NCBI GenBank assembly: GCA_045644045.1
Contig: JAZRGD010000099.1
Location: 7,126-71,125 of the forward strand
Source of the DNA: Eubacteriales bacterium
GTDB taxonomy: Bacteria; Bacillota; Clostridia; Oscillospirales; CAG-272
Length of the DNA stretch: 64,000 bases
Direction of reading: 5' to 3'
In this document: in pieces, positions 17,166 through 26,521 of the stretch
Layout: each line of letters opens with the position of its first letter
Numbering within the stretch: the stretch's first letter is position 1
Made by a program: the position numbers and the translations under genes
The notes under the pieces: model-generated
The model's input: the letters and a program-made list of their open reading frames with translations, nothing else
Database searches by the model: none
What the model was told of the DNA's origin: nothing

Positions 17166-17205
17166 TACATTTCTCGGAAGACACCGTCTTCGGAAAGGCT
17201 TATCT

Positions 17206-19101
17206 ATGGCACGTAAGCATTATTGTTCCCGCCTTTGTGCCGTTTTCCTGCTTCTCGCGCTTCTCTTCAGTGTCCTTTCTCCCATCTGCCTTTACGCAGA
17301 GGATACGGCAGAGGACGGGATCACCGTAGAGCAATACGTCCGTCAGGTCGAGCTGGCCGTAAAGGCCGCCTTGATCAAAAAGGCCGACGCGCTGGCGTCG
17401 GCGGGTGACTCGGAACGCGCCGCCTATTTGCGTGGCTTCACCTTTCACCCCTACCGCATTGCCATCGTGGACATCGCATACTCTCAGTTCTACGTCAAGA
17501 CCCATGAGGGCGCGGCAGACGTGGCGGATGAAATGGCGGATCTTCTCGCCGACGGCTTTTATCTCGACAAGCTGACCACGGCCGAGCTGGTAACGGACGC
17601 TCTCGTTTTGTGCTACGTCCGCGCCGTAGACGACGTGTACGCCAGCTATGCCAACGAGGAGACCTACGTAGCACCGGAGGACGAGGAAACGGAATACGTA
17701 GGCATCGGCATCACGGTAGAGCTGCTGACCGACGGCTACGCCAAGGTCATCGAGGTGGCCCACGGCTCCCCCGCGGAGTCAGCCGGCATAAGGCTCGGTG
17801 ATATTCTCACCGCCGTGGAGGGCGAGGATTTTGCCCAGCTGGGCTATGACAACGCAGTAAGCAGGATCCGTGGAGAGGAAGGCACCTCCGTCACCGTTAC
17901 CGTAAAGCGGGGGGAGGAGTCCTTGGATTTCACCATGACCCGCCGAAAGATGACCGTCCGTACCGTCTCCTACCGCGTTATGACGGAGAGTGAGGAGAAG
18001 ATCGGCTACGTTCGCATCACGAAGTTTGACGGCACCACCTTTGCTCAGTTCGTGGAGGCGGTGGAGGCCTTGGAGGACGAGGGGGTCGACTCCTTCGTTT
18101 TCGACGTAAGACAAAACCCGGGCGGACGGCTGGACGTGATCGTGGCGATCCTCGATTATATTCTGCCCGACGGCACGGGCGCGCCCATCGTCAGACTGAA
18201 ATACAAATACGGAACCGACGAGATCACCTCCATCACGGATTATTTCTACGACGAGCTGGTCGATGAATACGGTCATGAGCTTGCCCTGCTTTACAGCGAG
18301 ATGCTGGTAGAGAGATACGGCTACGCCCCCGCCGCAAACCACGTCATCGACAAGAAAATGACCGTGCTGTGCGACGGCTACACCGTTTCGGCGGCGGAGC
18401 TGTTCACCTCCTGTCTCAAGGATTTCGGCGTGGCCGAGGTCTTTGGCGACACGACCTACGGCAAGGGCATGGGACAAAGAGAGATCCCCATTCCCTACTC
18501 CTACACGGGCGTAGAGCTGGGGGAGAACGACCCCACCGCCTGCATCCGCATCTCCACCTTCTACTATTCCCCGCCCGTCTCCGAGAATTACGAGGGCGTG
18601 GGTGTTACGCCCCATCACACGGTCACTCTGTCCGATGAGCTGGCAGACACCTCCATCACCGAGCTGACCTTTGAAACCGACCTCGCCCTGCAGGCCGCCG
18701 TGGCCTTTATCGAAAGCGGCGCGCCCATTACCGAGGGCAAGGTGGATCTGACTCCCGACCCCCCCGCCGACGGCGAGGGTGGCACGGATAAGCCGTCCGA
18801 CAGCCCCTCGGACAAACCTGTGAACAAGCCTACGGACAAACCCTCGGACACCCCCTCCGCCCCCTCGGACGATCCGACCGACGAGCCTGCCTATCCTCTC
18901 GGATACGTGATCGCCTTTTGGATCACCTTCGGCGTTTTGGCCTGTGCCGCACTGATCTTGCTGGCGGCGGGGCTTTATATGCGCCACCAAAGGCAAAGGG
19001 AAGAGGATGCGCTCGCGTCGGAGATGGCCTCCGCGCACCCTTCGGGCGAGGAGTTACCCGACGACGCCACCGATCTTGACGACACAAACGATTTTGAATA
19101 A
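17206..19101 (+). CDS. S41-family C-terminal processing peptidase with PDZ domain, Pro/Asp-rich linker and C-terminal TM anchor
   Basis: N-terminal signal/anchor (LCAVFLLLALLFSVL), PDZ-like GIGITVE...GSPAESAGIRLGDILTAVEG, S41 core VLCDGYTVSAAELFTSCLKDFG...YGKG, a DKP[STV]-type repeats linker and a hydrophobic C-terminal segment. Confidence 0.85.
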   Translation: MARKHYCSRLCAVFLLLALLFSVLSPICLYAEDTAEDGITVEQYVRQVELAVKAALIKKADALASAGDSERAAYLRGFTFHPYRIAIVDIAYSQFYVKTHEGAADVADEMADLLADGFYLDKLTTAELVTDALVLCYVRAVDDVYASYANEETYVAPEDEETEYVGIGITVELLTDGYAKVIEVAHGSPAESAGIRLGDILTAVEGEDFAQLGYDNAVSRIRGEEGTSVTVTVKRGEESLDFTMTRRKMTVRTVSYRVMTESEEKIGYVRITKFDGTTFAQFVEAVEALEDEGVDSFVFDVRQNPGGRLDVIVAILDYILPDGTGAPIVRLKYKYGTDEITSITDYFYDELVDEYGHELALLYSEMLVERYGYAPAANHVIDKKMTVLCDGYTVSAAELFTSCLKDFGVAEVFGDTTYGKGMGQREIPIPYSYTGVELGENDPTACIRISTFYYSPPVSENYEGVGVTPHHTVTLSDELADTSITELTFETDLALQAAVAFIESGAPITEGKVDLTPDPPADGEGGTDKPSDSPSDKPVNKPTDKPSDTPSAPSDDPTDEPAYPLGYVIAFWITFGVLACAALILLAAGLYMRHQRQREEDALASEMASAHPSGEELPDDATDLDDTNDFE

Positions 19102-19123
19102 TAATAAGGGAGAATAAATTACC

Positions 19124-19609
19124 ATGGCAGAAATGAAGAATTACACCCAAGCGGGCTACGACGCCCTGCAAAAGGAGCTGAACTTCTTAAAGAACGTTCG
19201 CCGCGAGGAGATCAAAAACGAGGTCGCTAAGGCAAGAAGCTACGGCGACTTGTCCGAGAACAGCGAGTACGACGAGGCGAAAAACGAGGAAGCCAAGGTT
19301 GAAATGCGCATCCACGAGCTGGAGGAGATGATCTCCCTCGCTCACGTCATCGACGAGTCCGAGATCGACCACACCAAGGTGTCCGTCGGCTCTATCGTTG
19401 AGGTCAAGAACCTCGACACGGGTGCGAGCAAGACCTACCACATCGTCGGCTCCTACGAGACCGACCCCCTGCTGGGCAAGATCTCCGACCAATCCGCCAT
19501 CGGCATGGGCATTCTCGGCACCTCCGCAGGCGAGAAGGTAGAGATCGAGCTTCCCAACGGCAAGACCATCCGTCTTGAGGTTTTAGACGTGCGCCGCGCC
19601 GGCGCGTGA
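19124..19609 (+). CDS. greA: Transcription elongation factor GreA
   Basis: Canonical GreA sequence (GYDALQKELNFLKN.RR.EI...ARSYGDLSENSEYDEAK). Confidence 0.95.
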   Translation: MAEMKNYTQAGYDALQKELNFLKNVRREEIKNEVAKARSYGDLSENSEYDEAKNEEAKVEMRIHELEEMISLAHVIDESEIDHTKVSVGSIVEVKNLDTGASKTYHIVGSYETDPLLGKISDQSAIGMGILGTSAGEKVEIELPNGKTIRLEVLDVRRAGA

Positions 19610-19635
19610 CCCTTTGAAAGGAAAAAGAAAAGACA

Positions 19636-21117
19636 ATGGCAGAAGAAACCAAGCTGAACGCAACCTCGGAGCTTCAGGTGCGCCGCGACAAGCTGGCCGC
19701 CCTGGTGGAGAACGGCAAGAACCCCTTCACCGTCACCAAATTTGACGTGACCGCCACCGCTCCGGAAATTTTAAACGACTTTGACGCCTATGAGGGCAAG
19801 ACCGTCCGTCTTGCCGGCCGTATGATGAGCCGCCGCGTGATGGGCAAGGCCTCCTTCGTGCATCTGTACGACGGTGAGGGCAAGATCCAGCTTTACGTCC
19901 GCCGCGATGACGTAGGCGAAGAGGATTACGCCGATTTCAAAAAGTGGGACATCGGTGATATGATCGGTGTCGAGGGTGTGGTATTCCGCACCCAGACCGG
20001 CGAGATCTCCATTCACCTGAGCACCATCAAGCTGCTCTCCAAGTCCCTCCTTCCCCTTCCCGAGAAGTTCCACGGCTTAAAGGACACCGAGACCAGATAC
20101 CGTCAGAGATACGTGGACCTCATCGTTAACCCCGAGGTGAAGGACACCTTCGTGAAGCGCTCCCGCATCTTGAAGGAGCTGCGTGCTTACCTCGACGAGC
20201 GCGGCTTCCTTGAGGTAGACACCCCCATCCTCGTTCCCCTTGAGATCGGTGCCTCCGCACGCTCCTTTGCCACCCACCACAACACGCTGGACATGGATAT
20301 GTATCTGCGTATCGAGACCGAGCTTTACCTCAAGCGTCTTATCGTGGGCGGTATGAACCGTGTGTACGAAGTAGGCCGTATCTTCCGTAACGAGGGCATG
20401 GACCCCAAGCACAACCCCGAGTTCACCACCATTGAGCTTTACCAGGCGTATATCGACTACGAGGCACTGATGGACCTGGTGGAGGATATGTACTCCACCC
20501 TGACCAAGAAGATCTGCGGCGACACGAGGATCACCTACCAGGGCACCGAGATCGACATGGGCAAGTGGACGAGAATGACCATGGTAGAATCGGTGAAGAA
20601 GTACGCGGGCGTAGACTACTACGATTGGAAGACCGACGAGGATGCCCGTGCCGCCGCCAAGGAAAAGCACGTAGAGGTACCCGCGAACGCCACCAAGGGC
20701 ACGGTGCTTGCCGAGTTCTTTGACGCTTACGTGGAGGAGCATCTGATCCAACCCACCTTCATTTACGACTATCCCGTGGAGAACAGCCCTCTCGCCAAGA
20801 GAAAGCCCTCCGACCCCGCCTTTACCGAACGCTTTGAGTATTTCATCAACGCCACCGAGTACGGCAACGCCTTCTCGGAGCTGAACGACCCCATCGACCA
20901 GAGGGAAAGATTCGAGAAGCAGGTCGCCGCCAAGCACGCCGAGGATCCCTCCTCGAAGAGCGAGGTGGATTACGACTTCGTTACCGCGCTTGAGTACGGC
21001 ATGCCCCCCACGGGCGGCCTCGGCTTCGGCATCGACCGTCTGGTGATGCTGCTGACCGACAGTGCCTCCATCCGCGACGTACTGCTCTTCCCCACGATGA
21101 AGCCTCTGGCGGAATAA
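19636..21117 (+). CDS. lysS: Lysine--tRNA ligase (class II)
   Basis: OB-fold N-terminus, class II motifs (FRNEGMDPKHNPEFTTIELYQAY; GGLGFGIDRLVMLLT). The greA-lysS pairing is typical. Confidence 0.95.
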   Translation: MAEETKLNATSELQVRRDKLAALVENGKNPFTVTKFDVTATAPEILNDFDAYEGKTVRLAGRMMSRRVMGKASFVHLYDGEGKIQLYVRRDDVGEEDYADFKKWDIGDMIGVEGVVFRTQTGEISIHLSTIKLLSKSLLPLPEKFHGLKDTETRYRQRYVDLIVNPEVKDTFVKRSRILKELRAYLDERGFLEVDTPILVPLEIGASARSFATHHNTLDMDMYLRIETELYLKRLIVGGMNRVYEVGRIFRNEGMDPKHNPEFTTIELYQAYIDYEALMDLVEDMYSTLTKKICGDTRITYQGTEIDMGKWTRMTMVESVKKYAGVDYYDWKTDEDARAAAKEKHVEVPANATKGTVLAEFFDAYVEEHLIQPTFIYDYPVENSPLAKRKPSDPAFTERFEYFINATEYGNAFSELNDPIDQRERFEKQVAAKHAEDPSSKSEVDYDFVTALEYGMPPTGGLGFGIDRLVMLLTDSASIRDVLLFPTMKPLAE

Positions 21118-21140
21118 CGAAAAAACACCGTTTACGGCGC

Positions 21141-21178
21141 AAGAAAGCCGCACCCGATGGGTGCGGCTTTCTTGTTTG
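21141..21178. terminator. Rho-independent terminator after lysS (possibly bidirectional)
   Basis: AAGAAAGCCGCACCC-gat-GGGTGCGGCTTTCTT followed by gttt. An A-rich tract lies upstream. Confidence 0.8.
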
Positions 21179-21272
21179 CTTTATACGTACCGCTCTGCCG
21201 CGGCTCATCCTTCGTTGGCTTTTCGCCGTTATCCTATAGCCGAACGCTGTCGGCTCTCTTAGGTTATAGCCG

Positions 21273-22130
21273 TCAAAGCAGCTTTTTTCGATATTCGGTG
21301 GGGGTCATACCCTCGTGCTTTTTGAAAAATTTAATAAAATACGTGGCGCTTTCAAAGCCCAGCTTGGCGGCAACCTCGTTCGTCGTTGCTTTTTCGCGCA
21401 GCAGTAGCTTGGCCTCCTCGGCTTTCAGCTTGTGATAATACTGTATGATCGTAAAGCCGGTGCATTTTTTGAAGATGGAATTGACGTACGTCTTGCTGTA
21501 AAAGGTATCCGCGCTGATCTCATCCAGCGTGATCCTTCCGTACACGTGACGCTTCAGCAGTGAGACAATATCCTCAGCAAGCTTATTTTCCAATTCCACG
21601 CTGTTCATAATGGGGCGTATAAACTCGCTTTCCTTCAGCTCGTTTCTGATCAGCTTGATCAAAAGCTCTTCAACCCTTCCCACCACCAGCTGAACCGCGC
21701 CAAAGGAAGGGGACGCAAGGGGGATCAGCTTGCGGTTAAAGGGAAAAGCAAAGGCCTTTTTCGCTTCGTTCACAATTTTTGAAAAAAGCTGCCGCTCCTC
21801 GCTTCCCAGCGCGATGACCTTGTCAAGAATGCCGAGCGACGCAGAGGCGGAATGAAAGCAAAGAATGAAAAACGTGGCGGGCGCATTCTCAAGGGCGCGG
21901 TAGGAATGCGAATGAAATGGCGAAATAAGCAAAAGCTTCCCCTGCTCGAGCAAAAGCGGCTCTTCTTCAAGACGGCAGAGCAGCTTTCCACTGTCAACGT
22001 ATACAAGCTCGTAAAAATCGTGCTCCTCGGTGGGATAGGAAAAGCTTGGTGACACCTCTAAGGATTCAATGGTGGTCAGATTTTTTACGGTTACCGTTTT
22101 TTTGATTGAAAAGTTATAGTATTTCCTCAT
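21273..22130 (-). CDS. AraC-family transcriptional regulator (cupin-type sensor plus HTH)
   Basis: C-terminal AraC HTH (...YVNSIFKKCTGFTIIQYY...LGFESATYFIKFFKKHEGMTPTEYRKK). Start chosen at MRKYYNF (AGGAG 7 nt upstream). Confidence 0.85.
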   Translation of the reverse strand: MRKYYNFSIKKTVTVKNLTTIESLEVSPSFSYPTEEHDFYELVYVDSGKLLCRLEEEPLLLEQGKLLLISPFHSHSYRALENAPATFFILCFHSASASLGILDKVIALGSEERQLFSKIVNEAKKAFAFPFNRKLIPLASPSFGAVQLVVGRVEELLIKLIRNELKESEFIRPIMNSVELENKLAEDIVSLLKRHVYGRITLDEISADTFYSKTYVNSIFKKCTGFTIIQYYHKLKAEEAKLLLREKATTNEVAAKLGFESATYFIKFFKKHEGMTPTEYRKKLL

Positions 22131-22312
22131 AATCATTCTCCTACCTACATTGTAGCACAAACGGTGGGATTTTTCAACAGAAAAGTAGAATAAAGTAATA
22201 AATGAATAAAATGACTTTTATTTTTTACCATTTTTCCGCTTGTTTTTCCCTTGCTTTTACTGATTTAATATAATAAAATGTTTTTAGATAACAATTAAGC
22301 GGGAGGTACGGT

Positions 22313-23707
22313 ATGAAAATTTTGGTTGCTGCCTTTCAATGCGAATCCAACAGCAGATCGGCTCTTCACCCCGAAAAGCACGATTTTGAGTATTTCCGTG
22401 GGGAAGAGATATTCGGGAAGCTCGCTGTCAGAGATATTTTCCGCCAAAAGGGCTATGAGGTCATCCCGGCAATATACGCCGTGGCACTCCCCTCCGGCAC
22501 CGTTGAGCTTGACACCTACCGCTTTTATGCGGATCAGATCCTCGACTGTGTAAGAGCCAACCCCGATCTGGACGGTGTGTATATCTTCTTTCACGGCAGT
22601 ATGGAGGTGGAAGAGATCGGAAGCGGTGAGCTGTTCCTTTTGAAGGAGATCAAAAAGCTCGTTTCGGAAAACTGCCTGTTTGCCATTTCAATGGACGCGC
22701 ACGCCAACGTCACGGACGAGCTGTGTGACTACGCCGATATTGTCAGCGGATTTAAGACCGTTCCTCACGTCGATCAGGTAGAGTGTCAGCAGAGAGCGGC
22801 GACGGCATTGGTTTATTGCTTGGAAAATCACGTCAAGCCGCATACGTACACCGTGAGAGTTCCGTTCCTCTTGAAAAACGACACACTTCTAACCGCCTAC
22901 GAGCCTCTTAAGGGGTTGATCGGGGAGACCTTGCGGCTTGAGCAAACGGACGGGATATTGACGGCCAACCTTTTTTTGGGGCATTGCTGGATCGATGCGC
23001 CAAACACGAGTGCCTCGACCGTCGTAACCGCGCTCGATCGGGAAACGGCGAAAAAAACGGCCGAAGAGCTTGCCAACAAGCTGTGGGCAACACGCCGTGA
23101 CTATCGCTTCCTCATAGAAGCGGAGGCACCCGAGGAATGTGTCAGACGCGCGATCGCGGGCGAGGAGAATCGGATCTTTATCACCGACAGTGGCGACAAT
23201 ACCACGGCGGGCTCCGACGGAAACAGAACCGACCTGTTAAAGCTGATCCTGCGCGCGGCTCCCGAAAAGCCAACCTGTGTAGCGGGAATTACCGATTACG
23301 AAACGGTATCCGACCTTTGGCATCTCGCGGACGGCGAGGAGGCCACGGTAGAAAAGCTTGACGGAATACGCGGGCGCATCAAGGCGCACGGCGAGATCCT
23401 CGGCTGGACGAAGGAGATCATCGGCAGAAGCCTGACGGTCTCGTTCGGTTGCGTTGACGTCGTTTTCACGGAATACAGAAGCGCTTTTATCGAGAAGGGG
23501 AATTTTGACCTGGCAAACGTGGATCTTCTCTCCTATCGAATCGTCGTCGTCAAGCTCGGTTATCTTTTTACCGAGCTGAAGCCCTTTGCCGACAGAGAGC
23601 TGTTTGCGCTTTCGGACGGAGCAAGCTGCGTGGAGCTTTCTCGGCTCGGACTGACCAAAATCATTCGTCCCATGTTCCCGCTCGATGATTTCGAGTGGAA
23701 AGCATAA
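22313..23707 (+). CDS. M81-family (MlrC-like) metallopeptidase
   Basis: The N-terminal MKILVAAFQCESNS pattern resembles the MlrC DUF1485 start (I..GGF.HETN.F). Length is ~460 aa. Recognised by eye only. Confidence 0.55.
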   Translation: MKILVAAFQCESNSRSALHPEKHDFEYFRGEEIFGKLAVRDIFRQKGYEVIPAIYAVALPSGTVELDTYRFYADQILDCVRANPDLDGVYIFFHGSMEVEEIGSGELFLLKEIKKLVSENCLFAISMDAHANVTDELCDYADIVSGFKTVPHVDQVECQQRAATALVYCLENHVKPHTYTVRVPFLLKNDTLLTAYEPLKGLIGETLRLEQTDGILTANLFLGHCWIDAPNTSASTVVTALDRETAKKTAEELANKLWATRRDYRFLIEAEAPEECVRRAIAGEENRIFITDSGDNTTAGSDGNRTDLLKLILRAAPEKPTCVAGITDYETVSDLWHLADGEEATVEKLDGIRGRIKAHGEILGWTKEIIGRSLTVSFGCVDVVFTEYRSAFIEKGNFDLANVDLLSYRIVVVKLGYLFTELKPFADRELFALSDGASCVELSRLGLTKIIRPMFPLDDFEWKA

Positions 23708-23732
23708 ATAATATTTTTTGGAGGAAAACAAA

Positions 23733-24908
23733 ATGGCTTATTACAACAAGCAAGAAACCGAAAAGAGAGTTGCAAAGGTCGTCAAGCTTCTCAACGAGAA
23801 GGACACCGATATTGCAATCATCTATTTTGACGAGTTGAACGTGGCAAACGGCTGGTATCTGACCGGTTGGTGCGGTCAATTTGAAAAGGGTGCCGTTCTC
23901 GTAGGAAGAGACGGAACCACGATGCTTCTCGGCGGCCCCGAAAGCGAGCCCTTCGCAAAGCAGGATTCCGCGATCACCGACGTTCGCTGCTTCCCCGTAT
24001 TTATGGTGCCCGACGAGGAATATCCTTTGGCGACCATCATCAGCTTCAGCGATCTTTTCGCGGAGCTTTCCGAGAAATTCCCCGTAAAGAAGGTCGGTCT
24101 TGTCGGCACGACGGATATGCCCTACGCAGTACATCAGGACCTGGTAAAGGGCTTTGAGGGCTGTGAGATCGTAGACTTGACCGACGATTATTTGAAGTTC
24201 CGCTACGTCAAGAGCGATTGGGAGGTCGAGCAGGCCCGTCAAGCGACTCAGCTTGCCTGCAAGGCATACAAGGCAATGGCGGAAAAGGTCAAAGCGGGCA
24301 ACAAGGAGTACGAGGTCGCCGCGGCAGGCGAGGCAGTATGCCGTGAGAACGGTGCTGACAGCTTTGCCTATCGCACCATCGTCGGCAGTGGCATCCGCTC
24401 CAACGCCGTTGTTCCTACGGCCACCAACAAGATCATGGAGAACGGCGAGATGGTGATGCTCGGTATCGCGCCTCGCATCAACGGCTACGCAGGTACCTTT
24501 GGGCATACCGTTCCCGTCAGTGGAGAATACACCGCGGAGCAGAAAAAGTGCCTCATCGATATGATTGAGGTCATGAAGCTCACCAAAAGCATGCTGAAGA
24601 TCGGCAATAGCGGAAGACAGATCGATGCCGAGGGCAGAAAGCTGTACGAGCGTGGCGGCTATTTGAAATATCTCGTATGTCCCTTCGCACACACGATGGG
24701 CTTGATGGAAGCCGAGGCACCCTTCTTTGGCCCCAACAGTGACGACGTATTAGAGAAGAATATGATCGTAAACGTGGACGTCAGCTTCTTCGGACACCCC
24801 ACCCTCAACGGACTTCGTGTGGAGACCTGCTACGTGATCACCGAAAACGGCGCGGAGCCGCTCTGCCCCGAATTTGAAGAAGAGCTTTTCAATTACGTAA
24901 AAGATTAA
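23733..24908 (+). CDS. M24-family metallopeptidase (Xaa-Pro peptidase/creatinase-like)
   Basis: Pita-bread-fold-like region (...FAYRTIVGSGIRSNAVVPTATNKIMENGEMVMLGIAPRINGYAGTFGHT...). ATG at 23733 with GGAGGA upstream. Confidence 0.7.
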   Translation: MAYYNKQETEKRVAKVVKLLNEKDTDIAIIYFDELNVANGWYLTGWCGQFEKGAVLVGRDGTTMLLGGPESEPFAKQDSAITDVRCFPVFMVPDEEYPLATIISFSDLFAELSEKFPVKKVGLVGTTDMPYAVHQDLVKGFEGCEIVDLTDDYLKFRYVKSDWEVEQARQATQLACKAYKAMAEKVKAGNKEYEVAAAGEAVCRENGADSFAYRTIVGSGIRSNAVVPTATNKIMENGEMVMLGIAPRINGYAGTFGHTVPVSGEYTAEQKKCLIDMIEVMKLTKSMLKIGNSGRQIDAEGRKLYERGGYLKYLVCPFAHTMGLMEAEAPFFGPNSDDVLEKNMIVNVDVSFFGHPTLNGLRVETCYVITENGAEPLCPEFEEELFNYVKD

Positions 24909-24921
24909 GGAGGAGCGGAAA

Positions 24922-25287
24922 ATGAAAAACGGAAAGAAAAATTGGGTATTTTGTGACGGCGATCTTCCTCCCTGCGGAAACGACCCCTCGTTTCCGGGTC
25001 ACGAGGCACTGATGATCACCAACGTTTCGAAAAAGGACGCGAAGATCAGGATCAAGGTCCTGTTCGTGGACGAGGCCCCCTACGATCAGATCACCATCGA
25101 TCTTGCCGCTGAGCGTACGACCTGTTTAAGACTCGACGGCCCCATCGGCAACGAGGGCTATCAGATCCCCTTCGGCCAATACGCGTTGCACGTGATCTCC
25201 AACGTTCCCGTGTGTGCCTGCTTTGGCAGACTTGACGTGAGACAGGCCAATATGGCGTATTACAGTCTGTCCGGCTACGGATTTTAA
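24922..25287 (+). CDS. Sensory-rhodopsin-transducer (ASRT)-family small beta-sandwich protein
   Basis: 121 aa. The pattern W...G.LPP.GN.P...HE...I.N....DA.I.I...F.D..P......L.A.RT..LRL......IP....A..I.SNVP....GRLD.RQ matches my recollection of Anabaena ASRT. Confidence 0.55.
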   Translation: MKNGKKNWVFCDGDLPPCGNDPSFPGHEALMITNVSKKDAKIRIKVLFVDEAPYDQITIDLAAERTTCLRLDGPIGNEGYQIPFGQYALHVISNVPVCACFGRLDVRQANMAYYSLSGYGF

Positions 25288-25303
25288 TTCACAAAATATA
25301 AGA

Positions 25304-25341
25304 AAAGATGCCAACCGTAGGTTGGCATCTTTCGTTTTTTT
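25304..25341. terminator. Bidirectional rho-independent terminator
   Basis: AAAGATGCCAACC-gta-GGTTGGCATCTTT followed by cgttttttt. It sits between convergent genes. Confidence 0.8.
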
Positions 25342-25381
25342 AATCTTGCCGCTTGCATCACGGGACCGTGGGTAGGCGAGG

Positions 25382-26497
25382 TTATTTTTTCTTGAACACT
25401 TCCTTGACGGCGTCGAGGTAGCCGTAGCCGTAAAGGTTGTCGGGCTCCAGATAGCTGGTCTCCGTCCACTCGTTCCAAGAGTTGACCGTCACAAGACGCG
25501 GCCGATCAGGATGCTCGTCCAAATATTTTTTCGCCATCCGCAAGGCCTTTTCTATCTGCTCAGGCGTGTTGTTGGTCACCACCCGTGGGCGAAATTGCCG
25601 ATAGCGGGGATTGTTATCCCATCCGCAGGAAATGTGAGGAATATACGGAACGGTATATGCGGCATCGATTCGATCCCATTCCTTCTTTACGTCCGAGAGG
25701 ATCTCCGTGTAATCCCTATTCACATCAGTAAAATGCACGAACTGATAATGGGTCACACTATCTACCTCCAACAAGGACACAATGTCCTTAGTAGACCCTT
25801 GCATGTTGGAGTCGAAGCCGCTCAGATCCACCGTCTTTTCGCCCCATATGGTAATCTGCAAATGCAGGTCGGGAAATCCCGCAAGCCTGGTTTGCTCTCG
25901 GAACCATGCGATGGCCTCCTTGGTGCTTTGGATGCCGCCAAGACCGGATATCAGATTCTTTATGTCGTATATCATAAACACAGGCGCGCCGTCTATTTTG
26001 TAATAATTCGGCTGCTTAAAATATTTTTCGATGACCCTTTTGGCCACCGTCTCAAACCCTGCGCGCCCCACCGCACCTTGCCATATGACCGTTTTTCCGC
26101 ATTCGTCTGACAGCTCCCTATTCCAGCAGTGGTTGGCATCGTGATTCGCCCACATCAGATAAAATTTCATTTTTTCTCTGTTGTCTGCCTGTAAAAAGCC
26201 GTCGTTCAGACAATTCTCAAGAAACGGACGGTTGTCATACCAGTACCAATCATAAATAAACACGTTCACACCGTGAGAAACAGCAGCCTCGATCTGCTCC
26301 TTCATCACGGCAGGATCTGCCTCGTTTTGATACCCCCAAAGGGGCTTCCTGCTCCAAAAATATCCGTTTTCCTTGGGCATACTGTTTTTTACGGTCTGCC
26401 ATTCGCCTATCCCCTCGGGCCAAAACATTCTTGTTCTCGGCTCATCCCCTGTGTAGGCAGGCCAAACGTAGGCCGCAACGTCGTATTTTTTATCCAT
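25382..26497 (-). CDS. GH99-like / WbsX-family glycoside hydrolase-like protein, copy A (371 aa)
   Basis: MDKKYDVAAYVWPAYTGDEPRTRMFWPEG.GEWQTVKN..., ...VNVFIYDWYWYD.RPFLE..L, ...NSWNEWTETSYLEPD: the characteristic WbsX/GH99-like pattern. No signal peptide. Confidence 0.75.
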   Translation of the reverse strand: MDKKYDVAAYVWPAYTGDEPRTRMFWPEGIGEWQTVKNSMPKENGYFWSRKPLWGYQNEADPAVMKEQIEAAVSHGVNVFIYDWYWYDNRPFLENCLNDGFLQADNREKMKFYLMWANHDANHCWNRELSDECGKTVIWQGAVGRAGFETVAKRVIEKYFKQPNYYKIDGAPVFMIYDIKNLISGLGGIQSTKEAIAWFREQTRLAGFPDLHLQITIWGEKTVDLSGFDSNMQGSTKDIVSLLEVDSVTHYQFVHFTDVNRDYTEILSDVKKEWDRIDAAYTVPYIPHISCGWDNNPRYRQFRPRVVTNNTPEQIEKALRMAKKYLDEHPDRPRLVTVNSWNEWTETSYLEPDNLYGYGYLDAVKEVFKKK

Positions 26498-26521
26498 AGC
26501 TCCCTCTCAAAGCAATTATCG

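Noticed and set aside
21157-21435. ORF 21157..21435 (+) downstream of lysS.
   Set aside because: It starts inside the lysS terminator and is antisense to the 3' end of the AraC-family gene. There is no SD.
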